Source of the DNA: a virus
Length of the DNA: 64,000 bases
Virus record (IMG/VR): IMGVR_UViG_3300045988_154312
Location: 160,001 to 224,000 of that record
Reading direction: 5' to 3' (one strand)
Position numbers and translations under genes: made by a program. Below are positions 1 through 7,639 of the stretch, piece by piece. Within the stretch, counting starts at the first letter, position 1. Every line of letters begins with the position of its first letter. Under the pieces are notes generated by a model. It made no database searches. It worked only from the letters and a program-made list of their open reading frames with translations, and was not told the DNA's origin.

Positions 1-10
1 TAGAGACATT

Positions 11-1690
11 ATGGTACCTACAGCCAAGGCTATGGCCGAAGTTATGAACCGTGTAGCCAAAGAATTAGGTTATAAAGGTCGTAGCGAAGGCGAAAGAAAT
101 CTTGAAAATAAGGTTGTCGAAATGGGCAATCTTATTCTCGAAGATTGCCGCAAGTCCATTTTCAGCGTCGACGCTGATGGCGTAACTGTCAATAATTTAA
201 AGACAGCTTTGCCATACGTCGCTGATATGGTGGCAAGTGCTCTTGGCAAGGGCAACAAATATTCTTTAGCAAAAGAAGCAGGTTTTATCTATAGCGAAAA
301 CTGTTTCGCTAAGGAATATCTTGATGAATTGGCTGATCAATTCGGCGAAGAAAGATTGTACGTGCCTGTAACTGTTTACGGCCGTGATAACGTTGCATTA
401 AATATGTACCGCTACCACGACTTCGAAACAGGTCGTGAAGGAGAGTACGTATCTTTCTTCGACGGAATTAGCAGCGACAACTGCTTGTTCTTAAGCGAGA
501 AGATTTGCGGTCAATTCGAACTTTTCCGCAAAGGAAACACAGCTTACGTCATGAAAGACGTAAGAGATTCCTTTAATGCAGTAGAATTGAAAGGACGAAT
601 CGCGTTGAGAACTCGTACGGAAAATGCATCCGATGAGATCTTTAAACTCGTTAAGTGGAACGCTTTTGCTCCTGTGGAACAAAAGGCAGAATTCTATTTA
701 ATGAGCAGTAGCTGTGCTCGTTCTAAAGGAGCTTTGTGGTACGGCAAGAATAAAGAAGCCATTGGTGATGGCTTGTTCATTCTTGCTTCTGGCAGCAATA
801 AAGTTCCTAAAGGCACACCTATGCAAGTGTGCAAGTTTGATAAAGAAGGCGGTAAATACGTCTTCAATCAAACTGGCGAAGGTAAATTTGCTATTAAGGT
901 GAACATTGATGAGTTGTGCTTCAACTATATCGATGAAAACAAAGATAGCAAAAAGAACACTATTCTCTTGTTGATGACAAAACAAGAGTCTTGTGTTGTA
1001 TTGCCAGATCCAGAAAAACCTTTAGTAGAAGAAGTTAACGAAACTCCTACTGTTGAAGTCGTAGCAAAGGCCGGAGACTCTGCTACGAAGAGCGAATGGT
1101 TAAGCATGGATAACTATAAGCGCGAAGAAGGCGCGATGGTTATCTGTGCGACTGGCCATCGTTCAGATAAATTAGGTTGCGGCAAGGGAGATGATTGGAG
1201 CTCCAAATCTCCTAAGCTACAACCTGTTCGCGATAGAATCGAAGCGAAACTTCGTTCTATCCTCGATTTTCAAGTCCTAGCGGGCGAAAAGAAATTTGAG
1301 TTGATCAGCGGTATGGCGTTAGGCGTTGACCAACTGTTCTTTAGCGTAGGGAATCAGTTACGCAAAGAATATGCTGAGCAAGGTATTACAATCGTATTAA
1401 CGGCTGCAGTGCCTTGCATTGAGCAAGACGGCATATGGAAAGACGATTGCAAAATCTCATATGCTGCTATGCTTAAGGCAGCTGACAAAAAAGTTCGTAT
1501 TTCTAATAAGAAGTACGAAGACGATAAAGGCTGCATGCAGCGCAGAAACCGTTTCATGGTAGACAATGCCGATATGGTATTGGCTTACCATGATGGAAGC
1601 GAAGGCGGTACTAAGAACTGCATCGACTACGCAAAGAGCATCGGTGCAGTAATAGAGAACGCCTTCGAGGGTCCGGAGGAAAATAAATAA
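11..1690 (+). CDS. Fusion protein: unknown ~380-aa N-terminal region plus C-terminal SLOG/DUF1273 (YpsA/YoqJ-like) domain
   Basis: 559-aa ORF. C-terminal motifs ICATGHR, ISGMALGVDQ and RNRFMVDNADMVLAYHDGSEGGT fit the SLOG Rossmann-like signature of YpsA-type proteins. Confidence 0.6.
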   Translation: MVPTAKAMAEVMNRVAKELGYKGRSEGERNLENKVVEMGNLILEDCRKSIFSVDADGVTVNNLKTALPYVADMVASALGKGNKYSLAKEAGFIYSENCFAKEYLDELADQFGEERLYVPVTVYGRDNVALNMYRYHDFETGREGEYVSFFDGISSDNCLFLSEKICGQFELFRKGNTAYVMKDVRDSFNAVELKGRIALRTRTENASDEIFKLVKWNAFAPVEQKAEFYLMSSSCARSKGALWYGKNKEAIGDGLFILASGSNKVPKGTPMQVCKFDKEGGKYVFNQTGEGKFAIKVNIDELCFNYIDENKDSKKNTILLLMTKQESCVVLPDPEKPLVEEVNETPTVEVVAKAGDSATKSEWLSMDNYKREEGAMVICATGHRSDKLGCGKGDDWSSKSPKLQPVRDRIEAKLRSILDFQVLAGEKKFELISGMALGVDQLFFSVGNQLRKEYAEQGITIVLTAAVPCIEQDGIWKDDCKISYAAMLKAADKKVRISNKKYEDDKGCMQRRNRFMVDNADMVLAYHDGSEGGTKNCIDYAKSIGAVIENAFEGPEENK

Positions 1691-1713
1691 CCCTCCGGGT
1701 CCCCCCTTCTACG
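1690..1713 (+). promoter_or_regulatory. Variant GC hairpin (ACCC-TCC-GGGT) with CCTTCTACG 3' flank
   Basis: Lies immediately after the stop at 1690. It has the same TCC loop as the main motif, and its 3' flank CCTTCTACG is shared with the copy at 4710. Confidence 0.35.
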
Positions 1714-1912
1714 TTAACCGAAGTAAGACGTGGGAGGAACGACAATTACATATGAAGATACAGGAGTATATTTATCATTCTACGATAGATGTGCTCTGGC
1801 ACTGCTGTGCCGAAATTTTATTTGAGATTTATAAGGGATTTTCCCTGCCGGGGGCCTCCTGACGGAGAGTCCCCTGCGGGGCAAGTCCTATATAAGTCGA
1901 AGTTGTGTTTCC

Positions 1913-1929
1913 GGACTCCGTCCCGAAAC
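1913..1929 (+). promoter_or_regulatory. GC hairpin (TCC loop) + GAAA(C) motif copy
   Basis: GGAC-TCC-GTCC-C-GAAAC. The downstream flank TTCTTTGAAG resembles that of the 4831 copy. Confidence 0.4.
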
Positions 1930-2480
1930 ATTCTTTGAAGCAGTTATGCATATATATGCGTAACTGTCTTTAGTGAAGATATTGGGCGTTCTGCGATAGA
2001 AATGTCGCTCCGCTCCGAAATCATCTATGAGGAATTTTTATTCCTTATCGTCTTGGACCACGGAGACGTTAAATACACGCTGAGTGGTCGTCTTTGGGGG
2101 AAGCCGGACGTTAAAGGAGCTTCCCGATTTTTATAATATTATATGTGGACGGTCCATATTGAGTTATGGCGTGAGTTCGTGGTCACAGCCGTTCACATAT
2201 AATATTATCTTTCAGCTGAGCGGTAGACCCGCCGATATCGTCCTAACTTTGTCCTTAGTGGCAGTCATAGGAAGTAGAATCGGCGGGACTACAAAATGCT
2301 TCCGGTGTGGCTTATTATACACGACCGGGGGGACCGTCAGGAGTATATTTGTTACTTCTGGCGGTATATAAATTATCTATTAATGGTTAGTGGCGACCGT
2401 CCACTTTAAAATACCGGCAGGAGAAAAAGATAAAGTTGATTTAAGTTTTAAAATCATACGATAAGTATGATATCTGTAAT

Positions 2481-2771
2481 ATGTTCTTAGACTTTCTTAG
2501 CGGAAGTCTAGATTTTAAAGAATCTTCGTTAGAAGCAAAAGTAACGAATTTGTTCTTTGAAGAAAACGGAAATCTTCTAATTAATGTATCTGCTATGGCG
2601 GATACATCAATAGGAAGATTAAAATCTCTTTTACAATTCAAATTCACAGGAGAAGTTTTGTCCTGCGAGTTTGAAGGTATTGACTACACTGTTCCCCATG
2701 CACAAATCATGGGAGAATTGGTAGATGCAATAGAAAAATTGTGTCTACCTATGTATGAGGAGGAAGAATAG
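2481..2771 (+). CDS. hypothetical protein
   Basis: 96-aa ORF with protein-like composition and an acidic tail. There is no obvious SD. It is in the same frame as the next ORF, separated only by TAG at 2769-2771. Confidence 0.5.
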   Translation: MFLDFLSGSLDFKESSLEAKVTNLFFEENGNLLINVSAMADTSIGRLKSLLQFKFTGEVLSCEFEGIDYTVPHAQIMGELVDAIEKLCLPMYEEEE

Positions 2772-2843
2772 ATAAAGACCATCGATTTCAAATATAACGC
2801 AGAAAAATACTGCGTTAAAAATTTCTTAGACGATTCTGGATTA

Positions 2844-3155
2844 TTGTCCAGAAAAGTCTGGTTCGATGACCGTGAGGGGTGTCCTCACGACCGAAAGGAC
2901 CTCAGTATTGTTTCTGTTGTAGATAACATGGCAACATGTGCCTACACAGAGTTAGACAGGAATATCGGTGAATTTGTCGAGCTCACCGTAGAAGTTCCTG
3001 TCGGAAATCTTCACCTTCGCGGTTCAGAAGCCGTTGAGGTGGAATATGAACGTATCCTTTCTACTATAGATGAAGAAGCCGCGGCAATAATCCGCGGCTT
3101 AGTGTGGGAGAAGGAAAAAGATGCAGCTGTTGCCGGCTATAACGGCTGCATCTAA
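2844..3155 (+). CDS. hypothetical protein (start uncertain)
   Basis: The ORF is open from the TAG at 2769. The first canonical start is TTG at 2844, with no SD. It may be a continuation of the 2481 ORF. Confidence 0.45.
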   Translation: MSRKVWFDDREGCPHDRKDLSIVSVVDNMATCAYTELDRNIGEFVELTVEVPVGNLHLRGSEAVEVEYERILSTIDEEAAAIIRGLVWEKEKDAAVAGYNGCI

Positions 3156-3171
3156 TTTAATAGTTTATTCT

Positions 3172-3206
3172 AGAGAGCTCCATATGGGGCTCTCTTTATT
3201 TTTTAA
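3172..3206 (+). terminator. intrinsic terminator
   Basis: AGAGAGC...GCTCTCT stem followed by a T-run, just after the stop at 3155. Confidence 0.7.
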
Positions 3207-3222
3207 TAGGAGGCATACTGTT

Positions 3223-3552
3223 ATGTTAAACCGCACTGAACATTCTGTAAAAATTTATAATACCATTGGCGTAGAAACGCCAGATATGGTATTAGAACAA
3301 TACAAAGGGGAACCTATTAGAGTTTCCTGCGAATCTCGTAAAGTCGATACCATCGAAGGTATTGATATTTATGAAAATATTTATGGTGAGGTCACTGGCC
3401 TCCCAGAATTTGCGGAAGGCGTATACTACGTCGTTTCCGCTATGGTGCGTCAAGCACTACCCGGGAGAAAAGACTTACTTTCTCCTGGTCAATTAATTAG
3501 GAATGAGGCCGGACAACCAATAGGTTGCCTAGGTCTTGTTCGCAACAGTTAA
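3223..3552 (+). CDS. hypothetical protein
   Basis: ATG preceded by AGGAGG. 109 aa. The longer 3121 start in the ORF track overlaps the terminator and was discarded. Confidence 0.7.
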   Translation: MLNRTEHSVKIYNTIGVETPDMVLEQYKGEPIRVSCESRKVDTIEGIDIYENIYGEVTGLPEFAEGVYYVVSAMVRQALPGRKDLLSPGQLIRNEAGQPIGCLGLVRNS

Positions 3553-3558
3553 GTATTT

Positions 3559-3610
3559 TAGCTTTAGTCGTAGGTATATTATATATCTATGGCTAAAGCT
3601 TTATTTTTTG
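3559..3610 (+). terminator. intrinsic terminator
   Basis: TAGCTTTAG...CTAAAGCT stem followed by TTATTTTTT. Confidence 0.65.
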
Positions 3611-3692
3611 TTAATAAATATTATAATTATACTATTAATAGAGACATTGATGGCGTAATTATGATATTTATATTTTTTTTATAAATATCGTC

Positions 3693-3918
3693 CGGCGACA
3701 GGTGTCCGCCCACATTGTTTCGGCACTCACGAAATCACGTTTTTTTATAATATAACGTGAGTGTTATGTGGGCGGTACCGTATTTGCCTTCCGACGCTTG
3801 CGACGTTGGGCTCTGGGCCCGCGTTGCTTCGTCTCTGGTCGGCAAATACTCACCTGTCGCCTCTATATGTATTCCGGCAGTGTCCCTTCGGGTCGTATGT
3901 ACGGAATATATTTTTTTC
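3693..3918 (+). ncRNA. candidate structured small RNA with its own terminator
   Basis: Nested long-range helices: GCGACAGGTG (~3695) pairs with CACCTGTCGC (~3851); CCGCCCACAT (~3706) with ATGTGGGCGG (~3766); CACTCACG (~3725) with CGTGAGTG (~3757); GTATTTGCC (~3779) with GGCAAATAC (~3841). It ends in a TATTCCG...CGGAATA stem plus T7 (3870-3918). Confidence 0.5.
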
Positions 3919-3966
3919 TTATGTATGCGATCCTGCTGTGGTCGTTTACTAGTGTGTTTTTTATAT

Positions 3967-3985
3967 GACGCTCCGCGTCGAAATG
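3967..3985 (+). promoter_or_regulatory. GC hairpin (TCC loop) + GAAAT motif copy
   Basis: GACGC-TCC-GCGTC-GAAATG, about 60 nt upstream of the ATG at 4044. It is followed by a second hairpin, GAGGG...CCCTC. Confidence 0.5.
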
Positions 3986-4043
3986 TTTTATGAGGGTATT
4001 TTGCCCTCAGTATTTTATTTGTTTCATAGAGGAGGAAATTGTC

Positions 4044-4421
4044 ATGAAAAAGATTACTGTTATTAGAAAAAACGGCGTAATTGCCGATGTTGTAGTAAGT
4101 GGCACTGAAGAGCAAGGTAAAAACTTGTTTTTAGACCATCCGTTGTTCAAGAATTATTTCGTTCGGGAAGCTAGAGTATTTGCCCCAGAAACCGAATGTT
4201 GGCGGTTCAGCGTTCCTAACCATGACGACATGGAAGTGTCTGTAATCAGAAGCTCCATGACTTATGGAGGAGCAGAAGGGCTATTCGAGTTGGCGATGCT
4301 TCGCAATGATAGATGCATATATGATACGCCTATCACCAACGATGTAGTTGGTTGGCTAGATGAACAAGATGTACTGGACATCTTAGAAGATGTTCAACGC
4401 ATCTACGGAGAGGAGGCATAG
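4044..4421 (+). CDS. hypothetical protein
   Basis: ATG preceded by GAGGAGGAA. 125 aa. Confidence 0.75.
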   Translation: MKKITVIRKNGVIADVVVSGTEEQGKNLFLDHPLFKNYFVREARVFAPETECWRFSVPNHDDMEVSVIRSSMTYGGAEGLFELAMLRNDRCIYDTPITNDVVGWLDEQDVLDILEDVQRIYGEEA

Positions 4422-4422
4422 C

Positions 4423-4710
4423 ATGAAATTTATTCTTTTCGGTGAAGCTATGCCGAAGACAGAATTTAATAGCCCAGACTGCTACCATGCGTTACAATAT
4501 GTTTTGAACACCTTCTTCAAGGATTGTGTCGTTGCAGAAAATGTGACATCCTTAGAAGAAGATGTCGTAGCGGTCTGTATTCGTTCGTGGGCAAACATCA
4601 GTTCTGAAGAAGAACCGGTATCCTATGAACGTCATCCTGCATATTTATTGGACGAAGGGAGATATAACAAATTATCTCCTAGTACTCTAGCAATCATTGC
4701 TGGAGATTAG
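4423..4710 (+). CDS. hypothetical protein
   Basis: ATG preceded by GAGGAGG, starting 2 nt after the previous stop. 95 aa. Confidence 0.7.
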   Translation: MKFILFGEAMPKTEFNSPDCYHALQYVLNTFFKDCVVAENVTSLEEDVVAVCIRSWANISSEEEPVSYERHPAYLLDEGRYNKLSPSTLAIIAGD

Positions 4711-4740
4711 CCCCCCGCCGGGGCTAAACCTTCTACGGGA
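4710..4740 (+). promoter_or_regulatory. Variant GC hairpin (GCCCC-CCGCC-GGGGC) with CCTTCTACG flank
   Basis: Overlaps the stop codon at 4708-4710. It shares the flank CCTTCTACG with the 1690 copy. Confidence 0.35.
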
Positions 4741-4830
4741 TTACTATGTCGATATTTACGGCATGGTGCTCCTGTTGAAGAATATATATAGTCTTATGTA
4801 CGGCTATGTACATTTCTCTATGTATCACAC

Positions 4831-4850
4831 GCCCCCGCCGGGGCGAAATC
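4831..4850 (+). promoter_or_regulatory. GC hairpin + GAAATC motif copy
   Basis: GCCCC-CGCC-GGGGC-GAAATC, about 55 nt upstream of the ATG at 4904. It is followed by the hairpin GAGGGG...CCCTC. Confidence 0.5.
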
Positions 4851-4903
4851 TTCTTTGAGGGGTTCTTCCCTCATATTCGTCGTTCTGTGAAGGAGGAGAA
4901 AAT

Positions 4904-5068
4904 ATGTTTATCACAGGATTATATAATTATACGTTATTAACTCCAAATGGAGCTTATATTTCCGTACAAAGTACGGACGGTGTGTTTGATATTCTTCGTG
5001 AGAACGAAGGGTGTCAATTTATATCTAAAACATTAGTTGGTTATCAAAGTTGTGCAATGGCTGATTAA
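4904..5068 (+). CDS. hypothetical small protein (54 aa)
   Basis: Not in the ORF track because it is under 60 aa. ATG preceded by GAAGGAGGAG, and a terminator follows. Confidence 0.6.
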   Translation: MFITGLYNYTLLTPNGAYISVQSTDGVFDILRENEGCQFISKTLVGYQSCAMAD

Positions 5069-5074
5069 TGTAGA

Positions 5075-5107
5075 GGTGCTGGTAAGAGATTGCCGGCACC
5101 TTGCTTT
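5075..5107 (+). terminator. intrinsic terminator (weak T-run)
   Basis: GGTGCTGG...CCGGCACC stem followed by TTGCTTT. Confidence 0.5.
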
Positions 5108-5153
5108 AATTTAGTATTTGATATTTCATTATAAACATGAGGAGGTATACATC

Positions 5154-5300
5154 ATGTTAAAGAAACAATTTATTGGTTGGTTAAACGATTTTTACGCGGA
5201 AAATCCTATCACTTTCCGCATCTTTTGGTTTTTGGTGGGCTGGTTTATCGGCTCCACTGTCAAGATGGCTGTACTACAACATCGTCTAGCAAAACGCTAG
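5154..5300 (+). CDS. small membrane protein (48 aa)
   Basis: ATG preceded by GAGGAGG. Hydrophobic segment FRIFWFLVGWFIGSTV. Confidence 0.6.
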   Translation: MLKKQFIGWLNDFYAENPITFRIFWFLVGWFIGSTVKMAVLQHRLAKR

Positions 5301-5340
5301 CGGTGTAATGATTTCGCTGGAGGGTTAACTTTTGAAGTTT

Positions 5341-5358
5341 CCCCTCCGGGGCGAAATC
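5341..5358 (+). promoter_or_regulatory. GC hairpin (TCC loop) + GAAATC motif copy
   Basis: CCCC-TCC-GGGG-C-GAAATC, followed by the hairpin TGACC...GGTCA and a T-run. Confidence 0.45.
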
Positions 5359-5698
5359 TCCTGTGACCTTCTCATTAATAGTAGGTCATGTTTTATTTCA
5401 TATAAAGCTTTATATGGAATGCTATGAGGTGTATGTTAATGTACTCATAATACCTCCCTTTAATAGATGCTTAACAATCTGATATGTATCTCATAGCATT
5501 CGATATAAGGTTTTATATACCTTAAAGTAAAGCCGTAGACTTAAAAAGTCTTAAGCTGTAGAAGCCGTTGGGACCGGCTCAAAAGAATAAGGACTTTTAG
5601 TCAAACTTCTTAATAAGATGATTTAATATCATCTTTAAAATTGTATAGTCAAATGTTTTATTTGTTATACAAAGTTCCTAACCTTACGGGAGAAGACA

Positions 5699-5717
5699 GC
5701 CCCTCCGGGGCGAAATC
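5699..5717 (+). promoter_or_regulatory. GC hairpin (TCC loop) + GAAATC motif copy
   Basis: GCCCC-TCC-GGGGC-GAAATC, about 200 nt upstream of the ATG at 5918. Confidence 0.5.
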
Positions 5718-5830
5718 TCTCATGGGGCTTTCTGTGTGGAGGTCCCTTTCATACTTTTCTCCTCTCTCTCGCGGTGAGAAACTGCGGGAGATATGAGCGT
5801 TAGATGAGCGTTGACTTATCTAGCGTTGAT

Positions 5831-5868
5831 ATCTCTTGCATGTGTGTTGATGCAAGAGGAGATTTTTT
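5831..5868 (+). terminator. intrinsic terminator inside the 5918 leader (possible attenuator)
   Basis: ATCTCTTGCAT...ATGCAAGAGGA stem followed by GATTTTTT, about 50 nt upstream of the start codon. Confidence 0.6.
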
Positions 5869-5917
5869 CACCACGAGAAGCTCAGTCGTGGTACTTTCAA
5901 AGAAAGGAGACATTTAT

Positions 5918-6625
5918 ATGTCTAAATTTGCAAACGTTGTATGTTATTTGTTCGGCTCCAACTCTAATGGTTGGGCACAAATGTTATCCGCTGTTGTAGA
6001 GGGTGTTCCTGGTGTCCGTGACACCAAACCTGTCAGAATTGAAACAGCAGGTCAATCTTATGTGGGTATGGGCTGTAATGCCGTAGCCCAAATCTTGGAG
6101 TTGTTCGCCAACAAGTCCGTTAATTACGGACAGTTCACTGGTGAAGTAGTGACTAGCGACGCTGTCGCTATCCGCTGTTATTCTATCATGAAAGCTATTA
6201 AAGATGGCTTAACGCCAGCTAAAGTAGCTGACCATGTTATGAAAGAAGCGGATACAGCTGAAGACCGCGAGCAGTTTAAGCGTCTTGCTATGGCAATCAA
6301 AGACTGTCAAAGCCAGGGTGTGCGTCTTCGCATTAGCCGTCTTTCCCAAGAGCACAGTTATGCTCTTGAGGTGCCAGAAGGAGTAGAACTCCAAGCTGGC
6401 GACGTGGTCAAATTTGACCGCGGTGTATCCGAAGACGGTGTCAAACTTGCGTATGGAGTGCAATCCAGCTACGCTTATGAAGTGGCTGAGGTCAATGATG
6501 AGCTTAAAGCTCTCAGACCTAAAAACACTCCAAATAGCAAGCACAGAATGGCGTGCGTTAACGCCACTCTTAACTTGATTCGCGAAATCAAGGCAGAAGA
6601 GGTCTCCGCAGAAGACCTCATCTAA
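5918..6625 (+). CDS. hypothetical protein
   Basis: ATG preceded by AAAGGAGA. 235 aa. The upstream extension to 5804 covers the leader terminator and was rejected. Confidence 0.75.
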   Translation: MSKFANVVCYLFGSNSNGWAQMLSAVVEGVPGVRDTKPVRIETAGQSYVGMGCNAVAQILELFANKSVNYGQFTGEVVTSDAVAIRCYSIMKAIKDGLTPAKVADHVMKEADTAEDREQFKRLAMAIKDCQSQGVRLRISRLSQEHSYALEVPEGVELQAGDVVKFDRGVSEDGVKLAYGVQSSYAYEVAEVNDELKALRPKNTPNSKHRMACVNATLNLIREIKAEEVSAEDLI

Positions 6626-6629
6626 CATT

Positions 6630-6656
6630 GGGGGCATTTTGCCCCCTTTATTTTTA
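6630..6656 (+). terminator. intrinsic terminator
   Basis: GGGGGC-ATTTT-GCCCCC followed by TTTATTTTT. Confidence 0.8.
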
Positions 6657-6678
6657 TTAGTAAAGGAGGGAGCCCCTG

Positions 6679-7167
6679 ATGGCTACTTTTAATATTAAGC
6701 ATTCCAACCAATCTATTCTTGACTATATGAGAGAAAAGATTACGGTTGAGTATAATGGCTCTGTCGAAGATGTCGACGGAGGCATTAAAGTTGAGGTTGA
6801 TGACAATCACCTTAAAGACATTACGGACGCATTCAGCCGTGCGAAACGTAATGCCATGTTCTCAGGCTGGGTAAAATCTGCCACTAAGTTTGTTGGCAGA
6901 CAAGCTGACACTGTGAAAGATGTCGGCATCGGTGCAGTTGGCATTAGCGCCAAAGGTATCTTTGGTGGTCTTAAAAAGACTGCTGAAGTAGCTATGGGTG
7001 CTACTGCTGTAATCGTAAACGAGGGTAAAGAAGCTTGGAAAGAAGCTTCTGTGAGCGATGAGCTCAGAAACCTCAAGAAATCCTTCGGTAGTACTGGCAA
7101 TGATACAGAAGGTATCGAAATCATTAAGGAAGATACTGTAGAAAATACTGCTGGCGAAAGAGCCTAG
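6679..7167 (+). CDS. hypothetical protein (Gly/Ala-rich central region)
   Basis: ATG preceded by AAAGGAGGGAG. 162 aa. Confidence 0.7.
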   Translation: MATFNIKHSNQSILDYMREKITVEYNGSVEDVDGGIKVEVDDNHLKDITDAFSRAKRNAMFSGWVKSATKFVGRQADTVKDVGIGAVGISAKGIFGGLKKTAEVAMGATAVIVNEGKEAWKEASVSDELRNLKKSFGSTGNDTEGIEIIKEDTVENTAGERA

Positions 7168-7366
7168 CAGTATAGACGATTGCTATTAATCGTCGGTAAA
7201 TATTAATAGCAGTTGCTCTAGTTGTCAGGGGCGAGTGTAGGTGACAACCTTATTCTAGTTATTTAGGATATTCCTAACTAGAACTGATAAGATAACTATG
7301 AATATCCTTATTATACAGTAATTTTATGCTTTGGACTGTATAATAGAATAAAAAGCACTAGAAATA

Positions 7367-7421
7367 GGGTTTAGTCTAGAGGAGCAGGGTTTGCTCTTCT
7401 AGGCTAAACCTTTATTTTTTC
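7367..7421 (+). terminator. strong intrinsic terminator closing the GC-rich block
   Basis: An ~18-bp stem, GGTTTAGTCTAGAGGAGC...GCTCTTCTAGGCTAAACC, followed by TTTATTTTTT. Confidence 0.75.
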
Positions 7422-7639
7422 TTATGTTGAATATACATTTAGGTAATACTGTTGTTACAGCGTTAGCTAAATGTATATTTTTTTATAATTCGCGAAAAGC
7501 ATACCGCCTGAGTACGTATGGCGTAATTCGGGTGTCAGCTTTAGCGAAAGTCCATTTTTTTGGACACTTTTGGCAGGGGCTAATTTTTTTAGTGACTGCT
7601 TTTTTTTATCGGAACGATTACGTTTCCGATCGCCAAGAA

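Noticed and set aside
70-1566. Several 60-95 aa ORFs on the minus strand and in alternative frames inside the 11..1690 gene
   Set aside because: They are shadow ORFs fully embedded in a longer, protein-like + strand ORF. They have no SD and implausible composition.
2084-2371. 95-aa + strand ORF (GTG start) in the 1.7-2.5 kb spacer
   Set aside because: It has no SD and an odd Gly/Ser/Thr/Arg-rich composition. It overlaps the long-range inverted repeats, so it is more likely an open frame by chance in GC-rich structured non-coding sequence.
3735-4115. 126-aa minus-strand ORF and three overlapping + strand ORFs (3757..3993)
   Set aside because: They are mutually overlapping frames over the helix-rich candidate RNA. 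They have no SD and Arg/Cys/Ser-rich translations typical of non-coding GC-rich sequence.
5281-5360. Longer alternative pairing GATTTCGC (5311) with GCGAAATC (5351) around the 5341 motif copy
   Set aside because: This extended inverted repeat is not found at any other motif copy, so it is probably local coincidence rather than part of the conserved element.
5804-5917. Upstream extension of the 5918 gene, and ORF 5811..5999
   Set aside because: The extension would translate through the leader terminator and has no SD. The ATG at 5918 has a good AAAGGAGA site.
6209-7124. Minus-strand ORFs 6209..6637, 6622..6810 and 6807..7124
   Set aside because: They are antisense shadows of well-supported + strand genes, and no other minus-strand gene exists in the window.
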